The position numbers and the translations under genes are program-made. Source: Chitinophaga pinensis (lineage in GTDB: Bacteria > Bacteroidota > Bacteroidia > Palsa-965). Taken from it: 64,000 nucleotides of DNA. The notes under the pieces are model-generated. The model saw only the letters and a list, made by a program, of their open reading frames with translations, was not told the origin of the DNA and did not search any database. Shown here piece after piece: positions 28,823 to 37,567 of the stretch (position 1 is the stretch's first letter; every line of letters starts with the position of its first letter). The stretch spans positions 77,192-141,191 of the forward strand of contig CALRZN010000002.1 of NCBI GenBank assembly GCA_943372645.1. Direction: 5' to 3'.

Positions 28823-30230
28823 GCCGCTGGTTGCCCTGCTGCTTAGTGTGTGCCTGTTTTACAGCGGGCCGGTAACCCTGCACGCCCAGAAAGGCAGCGG
28901 GGATAAAAAGGTGCTGGAGAACAAAAAGAAAAAACTGCAGAACGATATTAAGGAGGTGGACAAAGAGCTGAAAGAAACGCGGCAGATTAAAAACCTGTCG
29001 ATGAACCAGCTTTTTACCATCAAGAAAAAAATTGAACTGCGCGAAGAACTCATAACCACCATCAGCAGTGAAATAAATGTGCTGGATGAGCAGATCGGCG
29101 AAAACAACAAATCCGTTACTACGCTGCAGCAGGAAGTTGACAAACTGAAAAAAGATTACGCTCGTATGATTGTGTATGCGTACCGTAACCGAAACAGTTA
29201 CCAGCGCATGGCTTATGTATTTGCCGCGGAAGATTTTAACCAGGCGTTTTCGCGCATGAAATACATCCAGCAGATAAACGACAGCCGCCGCAAAAAAGCC
29301 GCTGACATTGCCGCGCGGAAAAACACGCTGAATGAAAAAATACAGGCGCTGAGCCAGCAGAAATCGGAAAAACAATCGCTGCTTGGCATTGAAGAAACCG
29401 AAAAACAGAGCCTCGCGGTTGAAAAAGAAGACAAGGAAAAAACATTCGTGGCGCTTTCGGGCAAAGAAAAAGAGCTGAAAGAAGAATTGGACGAAAAGAA
29501 AAAACAGGCCGCGAAAATTGACCGCGCCATACAGGACCTGCTCGCTGCTGAAATGGCGCGCATGGAACGCGAACGCAAAGAACGTATTGCCCAGGAAGAA
29601 AAAGCGAAAAAAGAAAAAGCCGCCCTCGCCGCCAAAAAAGCGAAAGAGAAAAAAGAGAAAGGTGTAAAAGGCGCTACCGGCACTACAGGTACCGCATCGA
29701 ACAACCCGCCGGTGAAACCGGATAAAGAAGAACCGGAAATAGCCACCAACACTAACGACGAAAACAAAAAACCATCGCTCGGCCTTACCCCGGATGAACA
29801 GCTTATTTCCGACAACTTTGCGGGCAACAAAGGCAAGCTGCCCTGGCCGGTGCTTACGGGGCGCATCTCCATGGGCTATGGCCGCCATCCGCACCCCGTG
29901 CTCGAAAAAATTGATGTAAACAACAACGGGGTGGACATTACCACCGGCCGCAATGCACTCGTGCGCAGCATTTATGAAGGCGAAGTAACCGGCATCAGCG
30001 ATGTGCCCGGTGTAGGTAAAATCGTCATCATCCGCCATGGCGAATACCTGAGCATGTACGTGCGCCTCGAAGAAGTGTATGTGAAACTCGGCGACAAAGT
30101 AAAAACCAAACAGAACATCGGGAAAGTACGCTTCGATGAAGAAGAGGAACGCAGCATCGTACACCTCGAAGTGTGGAAAAGCGGCACCGGCAAGCTGAAC
30201 CCGGAGGACTGGATCGCTAAGACAAATTAA
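28785..30230 (+). CDS. Coiled-coil M23 family metallopeptidase (EnvC-like murein hydrolase activator/peptidase)
   Basis: Long Lys/Glu-rich coiled-coil middle region. C-terminal M23 domain (GVDITTGRNALVRSIYEGEV…HLEVWK). Overlaps the upstream gene by 38 nt. Confidence 0.78.
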   Translation: MTVSPFSFARKTKPLVALLLSVCLFYSGPVTLHAQKGSGDKKVLENKKKKLQNDIKEVDKELKETRQIKNLSMNQLFTIKKKIELREELITTISSEINVLDEQIGENNKSVTTLQQEVDKLKKDYARMIVYAYRNRNSYQRMAYVFAAEDFNQAFSRMKYIQQINDSRRKKAADIAARKNTLNEKIQALSQQKSEKQSLLGIEETEKQSLAVEKEDKEKTFVALSGKEKELKEELDEKKKQAAKIDRAIQDLLAAEMARMERERKERIAQEEKAKKEKAALAAKKAKEKKEKGVKGATGTTGTASNNPPVKPDKEEPEIATNTNDENKKPSLGLTPDEQLISDNFAGNKGKLPWPVLTGRISMGYGRHPHPVLEKIDVNNNGVDITTGRNALVRSIYEGEVTGISDVPGVGKIVIIRHGEYLSMYVRLEEVYVKLGDKVKTKQNIGKVRFDEEEERSIVHLEVWKSGTGKLNPEDWIAKTN

Positions 30231-30325
30231 TTTGCAATTTGCAGTTGGCAGTTTTGTTGGGTATAAAGGAATAGATTCTGGGCTTTATAAAAACAAAACT
30301 GCCAACTGTAAAACTGAAATTTGCA
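30231..30325. repeat. Large imperfect palindromic element with core gcagttggcagttttgtt
   Basis: ttgcaatttgcagttggcagttttgtt … aacaaaactgccaactg(taaaactgaaa)tttgcaa. The loop itself contains the nested IR tataaagg/cctttata-like sequence. Confidence 0.6.
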
Positions 30326-30357
30326 AACTGATGCGATAACTACGCGCAGCGTTTTAT

Positions 30358-30852
30358 ATGAAACTACTATACATTGTCCGTCACGCCAAATCCGACTGGG
30401 CCAACGCCGACCTTCCGGATATTGACCGCCCGCTGAATGAGCGCGGTTACCGCGATGCACATGCCATGGGCGAATGGCTCGACAAAAACGGCCACACGCC
30501 CGAACTGATGATCAGCAGCCCGGCGGTACGCGCACTTTCCACCGCACTTATTTTTGCGCGCAAGCTGCAGTACCCGGCCGACCTTGTTGAAATAAAAAGC
30601 CGCATTTACGAATCGGCGCCGTCCACCATCAATGATATTGTTTCGAACCTGCCGCAGAAACTGAAAAAGGTGATGCTGTTCGGCCACAACCCTACACTTA
30701 CCGCTGTTGCCGGCGAACTGAGCGGTATTCCGTTTGATAATATTCCCACCTGCGGCATTGTGTGTGTAAAATTTGATGCGCCCACCTGGGCCAACGCCGT
30801 GGAAGTAAGCGGCGGGTTGCATTTTTTTCAGTACCCGAAGAACTTCGTGTAA
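30358..30852 (+). CDS. Histidine phosphatase superfamily protein (SixA-like phosphohistidine phosphatase)
   Basis: LLYIVRHAKSDW (RHG/RHA motif). 164 aa, the small branch-1 size. Confidence 0.75.
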   Translation: MKLLYIVRHAKSDWANADLPDIDRPLNERGYRDAHAMGEWLDKNGHTPELMISSPAVRALSTALIFARKLQYPADLVEIKSRIYESAPSTINDIVSNLPQKLKKVMLFGHNPTLTAVAGELSGIPFDNIPTCGIVCVKFDAPTWANAVEVSGGLHFFQYPKNFV

Positions 30853-30867
30853 AACACCTGCGGTGTA

Positions 30868-31010
30868 GTTTGTGATCAGTCGGCAATCAGCAGTCGGCAG
30901 TCTGTTTTCGTTTCCATTTATGATCCCATTCCGTATTAAAATTAAAGAGCAAGCTCTTTAATTTTAATAATAACAGACTGCCGATTGCCGGCTGATCACA
31001 AACGAAAAAC
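30868..31010. repeat. Compound palindromic element with outer arms gtgatcagtcggcaatc…cagtctgtt and a central perfect 15-bp inverted repeat
   Basis: Outer arms 30868-30909 versus 30973-31010 (reverse complement with one 9-nt indel). Centre is ttaaaattaaagagc-aa-gctctttaattttaa (30945-30976). Confidence 0.6.
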
Positions 31011-31113
31011 AATCCTGATTTGTATCACAAACGCAAACGGACAACAGGTTAAGAAACCGTTAAAGTATTAAAAGCACCTGTTTTGTTCGTAAATTTGGGT
31101 TTTACATTCGCTT

Positions 31114-33234
31114 ATGAACCTGAAAAAAATACCGCTGGTAAACCGCGAGATCAGTTGGCTTTCGTTTAACGACCGTGTGCTGCAGGAAGCAGAAGATCCC
31201 GGTGTTCCACTGCTTGAACGGCTGCGTTTCCTCGGCATTTATTCCAACAACCGCGACGAATTTTTCCGGGTGCGTGTGGCCACCCTGCGCCGCATGGCCA
31301 AAGCGGGTAAAAAAGCGCGGGAAGTGATCGGCGAAGACCCGCAGGTGCTGCTCGATCGTATCCAGAAACAGATCATTGATTCATCGCGGCGTTTTGATCG
31401 CATATATAACACCATCCTGAAAGAACTCGGGCGCAAAAAGATTTTTATTGTCAATGAAAAACAGCTGACCCCGGCGCAGGGTGTTTTTGTGCGCAACCAT
31501 TTCCGCGACCACATTATGCCGAACCTGTTCCCGATTATGCTGGACCAGGCCCCGAGTTTTCCGTACCTGAAAGACCGCCTCATTTATCTTGCAGTGATGC
31601 TGCACCGCCGCGGGAAGGAAAAAAAACACCGGTATGCGCTCATCGAAATACCGACCGATCTGAATTCGCGTTTCCTCGTGCTGCCGGCTTCGGGCGATAA
31701 AAAGTTTGTAATGCTGCTAGACGATGTAATCCGGTATTGCCTCGAAGACATTTTCCCGATGCACGAATACAGCACCATTCACGCCCACACCATTAAAATG
31801 ACACGTGATGCGGAGCTGGATATTGATAACGACCTCTCGAAAAGTTTTATTGAAAAGATTTCGGGCAGCCTCAAGAAACGCAAAAAAGGAGCGCCGGTAC
31901 GTTTTGTGTACGACCAGCAGATGCCGGAAGAGTTGCTGCGGTTTTTGCTGCGCCGCCTGAATGTAGCCGTTTCCGAAAATATCATCCCGGGATCGCGTTA
32001 CCATAACTTCAAGGATTTTATTTCGTTTCCCTCGCTCGGTCATAACGACCTGCGCTACACCATTCCGCATCCACTGCCCCACCCGCGTTTTTCTGCCGGC
32101 GTAAGCATGTTTGATACCATAAAGGAAAACGATGTGCTGCTCCATTTCCCGTACCAGTCGTTTCACCACATTATTGACCTGCTGCGCGAAGCATCCATTG
32201 ATCCGCGCGTTGTGTCAATCAAAATCACGTTGTACCGTGTAGCCCGCAATTCCAACATTGTAAACGCACTCATCAACGCGGTGAAAAACGGCAAACAGGT
32301 AACGGTGGTGATGGAACTGCAGGCCCGTTTTGATGAAGAGAACAATATTTTCTGGGCCAACCGCCTGCAGGAAGAAGGCGCACACGTTATATTCGGCGTG
32401 CCGCACCTGAAAGTACATTCCAAAATTTTCCTCATCACCCGAAAGGAAGAGAACAAACTCGTTTACTATGCCCACATCGGTACCGGCAACATGAACGAAA
32501 GCACAGCAACCGTTTATACCGATAAAACATTGCTGACTGCGGATAAGAAAATTACCGGTGAAGTAGCGCAGATTTTTGACTTCTATAACGACAACCTCCG
32601 CCACGGCACCTACAAACACCTGCTCGTTTCGCCCTTCACCATGCGAAAAAAACTCGTCCAACTTATCAACAATGAAATTGACGAGGCAAAGGCGGGCCGG
32701 GCGGCTGAAATTTTCCTGAAACTGAACAACCTGGTTGACCGTGAGATGATTGCGAAGCTGTACGAAGCCAGCGGCGCGGGCGTAAAAATCCGCATCATCA
32801 TCCGCGGTACCTGCTCGTTAGTACCGCAGGTGCCGGGTTTCAGTGAAAACATCGAAGCCATCAGCATTGTAGATAAATTCCTGGAACATACCCGGGTGTT
32901 CATATTTCATAATGGGGGCGAAGAAAAGTATTTTATATCTTCGGCCGACTGGATGACGCGCAACCTCGATCATCGCTCTGAAGTGGCAGTGCCTGTTTAC
33001 AACAAGGAAAGCCAGCAGGAGATGAAAGAAATGCTCGAAATACAGTGGAAAGATAACCGCAAAGCACGGATCATCAACCGCAACCAGGACAATACGTACC
33101 GGCGAACCGAATCGCCGAAAACCGTCCAGGCACAGGAAGCGATTTATGCATTGCTCGCACGTAAAACAAAGGCTTCTGTTAAAACGAAGCCCAAAGTGGT
33201 AAGGAAAAAACGGGTTGAAGTTCGCCGCGATTGA
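31114..33234 (+). CDS. ppk: Polyphosphate kinase 1
   Basis: 706 aa starting MNLKKIPLVNREISWLSFNDRVLQEA…RDEFFRVRVA. Canonical PPK1 N-terminus and two PLD-like domains. Confidence 0.95.
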   Translation: MNLKKIPLVNREISWLSFNDRVLQEAEDPGVPLLERLRFLGIYSNNRDEFFRVRVATLRRMAKAGKKAREVIGEDPQVLLDRIQKQIIDSSRRFDRIYNTILKELGRKKIFIVNEKQLTPAQGVFVRNHFRDHIMPNLFPIMLDQAPSFPYLKDRLIYLAVMLHRRGKEKKHRYALIEIPTDLNSRFLVLPASGDKKFVMLLDDVIRYCLEDIFPMHEYSTIHAHTIKMTRDAELDIDNDLSKSFIEKISGSLKKRKKGAPVRFVYDQQMPEELLRFLLRRLNVAVSENIIPGSRYHNFKDFISFPSLGHNDLRYTIPHPLPHPRFSAGVSMFDTIKENDVLLHFPYQSFHHIIDLLREASIDPRVVSIKITLYRVARNSNIVNALINAVKNGKQVTVVMELQARFDEENNIFWANRLQEEGAHVIFGVPHLKVHSKIFLITRKEENKLVYYAHIGTGNMNESTATVYTDKTLLTADKKITGEVAQIFDFYNDNLRHGTYKHLLVSPFTMRKKLVQLINNEIDEAKAGRAAEIFLKLNNLVDREMIAKLYEASGAGVKIRIIIRGTCSLVPQVPGFSENIEAISIVDKFLEHTRVFIFHNGGEEKYFISSADWMTRNLDHRSEVAVPVYNKESQQEMKEMLEIQWKDNRKARIINRNQDNTYRRTESPKTVQAQEAIYALLARKTKASVKTKPKVVRKKRVEVRRD

Positions 33235-34120
33235 TATCGGTTCCAATGCTGTCCGCCTGCTCTTCGGCAATGTGTACGAAGGTGCTGCAGAACCCATTTT
33301 TAAAAAAGCTGATCTTGTTCGCGTGCCGCTCCGCCTAGGTGACGACGCATTCCTGCACAAACGCATTTCGGATGCCAAGGCCGACAAACTCATCACCGTG
33401 ATGAAATCGTTCCGGCACCTCATCAATTTTTACGAAGTAACCGATTTCCGTGCCTGCGCCACCTCGGCCATGCGCGAAGCGGTAAACGGGCCCGAAATTG
33501 TGGCGCGTGTAAAAAAAGAAACCGGCATTACCATCGAAATCATCGACGGCAAAACGGAGGCGCAGATTATCTACTCCAACCACATTGCCGAATCGCTCGA
33601 TAAAAATTACGATTACCTGTACATTGATGTAGGCGGTGGAAGTACCGAAATCACGCTGTTTTCGCGGGAGCAGGTGGTTACTTCCCGTTCGTTTAATATC
33701 GGCACCATCCGTATGCTCAACGACCTCGTTTCGCGCGAGCAGTGGAGTGAGTTTAAAAACTGGGTGAAAGAAACAACGAAAGACCACCGGCGCCCGCTCA
33801 TCGCCATCGGTTCGGGCGGCAACATCAATAAGATTTTCAAGATGTCGCGCAAAAAGCAGAACCGCCCGCTTTCGTACAGCAAGCTGAAAGCCATTTACGA
33901 TATGCTCGATGCGTTTACGCTGGATGAACGCATAAAAATTCTCGGCCTCAACCCCGACCGCGCCGATGTGATTATTCCCGCCTCGCGCATTTTTCTCACC
34001 GTGATGAAAACCGCCGAAACCGACAAGCTGCTCGTTCCGCAGATTGGTATGGCCGACGGGCTCATTCACCTGCTGTACGAAGCGTACCGCGAAAAAAACA
34101 AAATGATTTACCACGATTAA
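33215..34120 (+). CDS. ppx: Exopolyphosphatase (Ppx/GppA family)
   Basis: MKFAAIDIGSNAVRLL (ASKHA fold phosphate-1 motif). 301 aa. Overlaps the ppk stop. Confidence 0.88.
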   Translation: MKFAAIDIGSNAVRLLFGNVYEGAAEPIFKKADLVRVPLRLGDDAFLHKRISDAKADKLITVMKSFRHLINFYEVTDFRACATSAMREAVNGPEIVARVKKETGITIEIIDGKTEAQIIYSNHIAESLDKNYDYLYIDVGGGSTEITLFSREQVVTSRSFNIGTIRMLNDLVSREQWSEFKNWVKETTKDHRRPLIAIGSGGNINKIFKMSRKKQNRPLSYSKLKAIYDMLDAFTLDERIKILGLNPDRADVIIPASRIFLTVMKTAETDKLLVPQIGMADGLIHLLYEAYREKNKMIYHD

Positions 34121-34123
34121 ATT

Positions 34124-34882
34124 ATGGTGCTGCTTCGCCCGTTGCGTGTTATATTCGGCATTTATGCGGTGCTTATTTTTGCCGTAACCATGCTCATTGC
34201 GGGGCTGTACATCGTGCTGGTGTTTTCCCTTTTTCCGAAAAAAGCACCGCAGCTGGCACATGCCGGCAACCGCGTGTGGGCGCAAACGCTGCTCCTGTTT
34301 TTTTTCATCCGCGTTACCATCCGCAACAAACACCTCGTTGATCCGCAAAAGACGTACATCTTTATTGCCAACCACCAGTCGCAGCTCGACATCCCGATTT
34401 TTGCGCGCAGCTGCAGCAACACGTTCCGTTTCCTGGCGAAAGCCGAGCTCACCAAAATTCCGCTGCTCGGTTACCTCATCAAAAAAATGTACATCACCGT
34501 TGACCGCAACGACCGCAAAGACCGGAACCGCAGCATCGAAGTGATGAAAGCGTCGCTGGATGCACACATCAGCGTGTTTCTTTGTCCCGAAGGCACACGC
34601 AACCGCGAAACCGAACCTCCGCTGCTCGAATTCCGTGACGGAGCTTTCCGTCTTGCCGTACTCACCCAAACACCCATTGCGGTACTCGTGCTGTACAACA
34701 CCGGCCCGCTGCTGCATCCCAAACGCCCCGCAGAATTAGCGCCCGGTTTTGTAGAAGCCGAATGGCTGCGCGTAATTGATACCACCGGCATGACGATAAA
34801 CGATGTGCCCGCGCTGAAGGATAAGGTGTATGCGGAGATGACGGAGGCGCTGCGTGCGTGGCGTAGTGCCCGGTTGCGCTGA
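34124..34882 (+). CDS. plsC: 1-acyl-sn-glycerol-3-phosphate acyltransferase
   Basis: NHQSQLD (HX4D) and CPEGTR motifs, with an N-terminal TM helix. Confidence 0.85.
   Translation: MVLLRPLRVIFGIYAVLIFAVTMLIAGLYIVLVFSLFPKKAPQLAHAGNRVWAQTLLLFFFIRVTIRNKHLVDPQKTYIFIANHQSQLDIPIFARSCSNTFRFLAKAELTKIPLLGYLIKKMYITVDRNDRKDRNRSIEVMKASLDAHISVFLCPEGTRNRETEPPLLEFRDGAFRLAVLTQTPIAVLVLYNTGPLLHPKRPAELAPGFVEAEWLRVIDTTGMTINDVPALKDKVYAEMTEALRAWRSARLR
34823..34861 (+). repeat. Left copy of a 39-bp direct repeat (3' end of plsC)
   Basis: aaggtgtatgcggagatgacggaggcgctgcgtgcgtgg. The right copy at 35606-35644 differs at 4 positions (35/39 identical). Confidence 0.7.
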
Positions 34883-34889
34883 TTGCTAC

Positions 34890-35447
34890 CTATTTATTCA
34901 TCGGCGGCTGTTGGCCGTAATCACCATACATCAGTTGTTCACTGTAACATCGGGTTTGTGCGGTGACAATGTTCCCGTTTTTGTCGAACACCAGTTGCAG
35001 CACCCAGCCAAAAACTTCACCATGCCATTTCGAAGGCCAGTTGGCCGATGCAGGCAGTTTCGACGGATCAACACCCAGCGCCTGTGCAAGCGCAAGCGCT
35101 TCGCCATGGTGCCAGCAGATCAGGAGGTCGGTTCCGGCATATTTTGTCTCCTTTTCTGATTGCAGGTGTTTCGCCAGATCAGCATAATGGCTGTCTTTGT
35201 ATTTCGTATTGATTTTTTTACCGATGGTTTTCGCAAACGGTGTAATGGTAAGCAACGGGCGATGGCTATTCTGAGAATCTTCCGAAGCAAAAAGGTGACT
35301 GAATTTCAGCCCGCGTTTGCCAACGACCAGGTTGTTTAAATAAATGGAATACGCCTGTGCCCGTTCCTGGCCGGCAACAGCAAGCCCCGGCCCGCTCGCC
35401 GGTTTCTCCGCATGGCGGATAATGATGATCGTTGTGTTGTTAAGCAT
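34890..35447 (-). CDS. Histidine phosphatase family protein (phosphoglycerate-mutase-like)
   Basis: MLNNTTIIIIRHAEK… (RHxE motif). Start taken at the internal Met of ORF 34890..35519. Flanked by the 39-bp direct repeats. Confidence 0.68.
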   Translation of the reverse strand: MLNNTTIIIIRHAEKPASGPGLAVAGQERAQAYSIYLNNLVVGKRGLKFSHLFASEDSQNSHRPLLTITPFAKTIGKKINTKYKDSHYADLAKHLQSEKETKYAGTDLLICWHHGEALALAQALGVDPSKLPASANWPSKWHGEVFGWVLQLVFDKNGNIVTAQTRCYSEQLMYGDYGQQPPMNK

Positions 35448-35605
35448 AATGTAAGGTTGTGTAGTTGTATCCGAAAAATACAAAAAAGGGCAATACAAGG
35501 CTTGGTATCCTGACGGCAAAAACAGAAGATCCTAAACTGATATATAATACCAAAAAAGACAACCAGAGACGTATTGTTTCGGGAGTTCTGTCCGGACAGA
35601 AGGAA

Positions 35606-35644
35606 AAGGTGTATGCGGAAATGACAGAGGCGCTACGCGCGTGG
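35606..35644 (+). repeat. Right copy of the 39-bp direct repeat (duplicated plsC 3' end, inside a spurious 66-aa ORF)
   Basis: aaggtgtatgcggaaatgacagaggcgctacgcgcgtgg. Reproduces the peptide KVYAEMTEALRAW in ORF 35465..35665. Confidence 0.7.
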
Positions 35645-35706
35645 TTCGAAAATCACCAACAGTAAGGACTTCAACAGGCGCGCGTTTTTCCCAAATTTCC
35701 TTTCCG

Positions 35707-35717
35707 TACTTTTACAG
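35707..35717 (+). promoter_or_regulatory. Promoter-like -7 element tacttttacag upstream of the ClC gene
   Basis: TACTTTTA is 7/8 identical to the Bacteroidetes TAnnTTTG -7 consensus, 18 nt before the ATG. The identical 11-mer recurs at 37538-37548 before the next gene. Confidence 0.35.
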
Positions 35718-35734
35718 TTGCTAAATTTTTTGAA

Positions 35735-37510
35735 ATGACTTTTCAGCAACTGCTCACCAAAATAAACGACTGGCGCGTGCGTCACATCAGCAACAGGAAT
35801 TTCCTGATTGTTGCCAGTTTGCTTGTGGGCATCGTTGCGGGCATTGCAGCCATCGTTTTAAAATACACCGTGCACGGCATACAGTATGTGCTGGAGCAAT
35901 TGCGCGAAGCCTCGGGAACGAATTACCTCTATTTTATTTTTCCGCTCATCGGTATTTTACTCACCGTGTATTACGTGCAGCGTTTCCGTGGCGGTAAACT
36001 CGGCAGAGGCATTGCAAACATCCTGTACGCGATTGTAAAAAAATCGAGCAACGTGGAACGTGACAAAACCTATTCGCACATTATTACCAGTGCGCTTACG
36101 GTTGGCTTCGGCGGCTCGGCGGGGCTGGAAGCCCCTATTGTGGTTACCGGTTCCGCCATCGGATCCAACACGGGCCGCGACCTGCGCATGAACTACAAAG
36201 AGCGCACCGTGCTGCTGGCGGCAGGTGCAGCGGCGGGTATTGCGGCGGTGTTCAACTCGCCCATTGCGGGTGTGGTATTTGCGGTGGAAGTAATTCTGAT
36301 GGAAGTAGCCATTCCTTCGTTCATCCCGCTGCTTATTGCTGCAGCCACGGCGGCGGTGCTTTCGAACCTGCTTTATAAAGACCAGCTGTTTTTTCTCATC
36401 ACCAAAGGCTGGGTGTTCAAAGCCATTCCGTATTACATCCTGCTCGGCATTATCATGGGCCTGATTTCCGTTTACATCTCGCGTATTACGCTGCGCGTAG
36501 AAGGATTTTTCAAGGCACGCAAAAAGGTGTGGAAAAAAGCAATCTGGGGCGGCATCGGCTTGGGTTCGCTCATCTTCCTGCTGCCAGCACTGTATGGCGA
36601 AGGCTACGTTACCATTGAAAACCTGCTGAAAGGAAATTACATGCACCTTGCTTCCGGCAGCTGGTACGAATCATACGTCACCAATCCGTGGATGCTCGTT
36701 GGCGTGGGCGCAATCATTATTCTTATTAAAATTTTTGCCACCGGGCTTACTGTTGGCTCCGGCGGTAACGGCGGCATTTTTGCGCCTTCGCTGTTTACGG
36801 GTGCCATCACCGGGTTTGTTTTTGCAGAAGCAATTAACCTTTCGGGCATTGCCACGTTAACGGTTCCCAATTTCATCGTGGCGGGCATGGCCGGTGCGCT
36901 CAGCGGCGTGGTGCATGCGCCCATGACCGCGATCTTTCTCATCGCCGAAATTACCGGCGGTTATGCGCTCTTTGTGCCGCTCATGATTGTATCGGCGTTT
37001 TCGTATTTCATCTCGCGGTATTTTGAACCGTATTCCATTTACACGAAACGGCTGGCGGCACGCGGACTGCTGCTTACGCAGAACAAAGACAAAAACGTGC
37101 TGAACCTGATGAAGGTGAAAAACATGGTGGAAACGGATTTTATTGCGGTGAAACCCGAAGATTCACTCGGGCAGCTGGCCGATACATTTGCGCATTCGAA
37201 ACGGAATATTTTCCCGGTACTGGATGAAAACGGAAAACTCGTAGGCATTGTGCTGCTCGAAAACATCCGCGAAATCATGTTCCATACCGAGCTGTACGAC
37301 TCCACGTTTGTAAAAGACCTGATGACGCGCCCCAACGTAACCGTAGAAATCAAAGAAGCGATGGTGGATGTGATGCGTAAATTTGAACAGTACCACACGT
37401 GGAATATTCCCGTGCTTGACCAGGGCATTTACATCGGCTTTGTTTCCAAATCAACATTGCTTACCGAGTACCGTAAGAAGATGGCGAAGCAGGACAACGT
37501 GGTGGGTTAA
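35735..37510 (+). CDS. ClC-family voltage-gated chloride channel / H+-Cl- antiporter with C-terminal CBS pair
   Basis: GGSAGLEAP, GGIFAPSLF and GxAGALSGVVHAPMTA selectivity-filter-like motifs. Two CBS-like segments in the last 140 aa. Confidence 0.88.
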   Translation: MTFQQLLTKINDWRVRHISNRNFLIVASLLVGIVAGIAAIVLKYTVHGIQYVLEQLREASGTNYLYFIFPLIGILLTVYYVQRFRGGKLGRGIANILYAIVKKSSNVERDKTYSHIITSALTVGFGGSAGLEAPIVVTGSAIGSNTGRDLRMNYKERTVLLAAGAAAGIAAVFNSPIAGVVFAVEVILMEVAIPSFIPLLIAAATAAVLSNLLYKDQLFFLITKGWVFKAIPYYILLGIIMGLISVYISRITLRVEGFFKARKKVWKKAIWGGIGLGSLIFLLPALYGEGYVTIENLLKGNYMHLASGSWYESYVTNPWMLVGVGAIIILIKIFATGLTVGSGGNGGIFAPSLFTGAITGFVFAEAINLSGIATLTVPNFIVAGMAGALSGVVHAPMTAIFLIAEITGGYALFVPLMIVSAFSYFISRYFEPYSIYTKRLAARGLLLTQNKDKNVLNLMKVKNMVETDFIAVKPEDSLGQLADTFAHSKRNIFPVLDENGKLVGIVLLENIREIMFHTELYDSTFVKDLMTRPNVTVEIKEAMVDVMRKFEQYHTWNIPVLDQGIYIGFVSKSTLLTEYRKKMAKQDNVVG

Positions 37511-37537
37511 GCGCAGCACAGTAAAATTACTTTTCCC

Positions 37538-37548
37538 TACTTTTACAG
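37538..37548 (+). promoter_or_regulatory. Second copy of the tacttttacag promoter-like element
   Basis: 20 nt upstream of ATG 37568. Both copies are preceded by ttttccc. Confidence 0.35.
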
Positions 37549-37567
37549 AAATACCACCTCCCGGTTT

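Noticed and set aside
28719-30164. 481-aa minus-strand ORF extremely rich in Phe
   Set aside because: Antisense to the Lys/Glu-rich coiled-coil region of the M23 peptidase gene. AAA/GAA codons read in reverse give TTT/TTC. It is a compositional artefact.
33335-34717. 460-aa minus-strand ORF
   Set aside because: Antisense to ppx and plsC, which have clear motifs. It has no signal, no motifs and atypical composition.
35465-35665. 66-aa ORF ending in KVYAEMTEALRAW
   Set aside because: It is not a gene. The ORF is generated by the duplicated 3' end of plsC (the 39-bp direct repeat). It is reported as a repeat instead.
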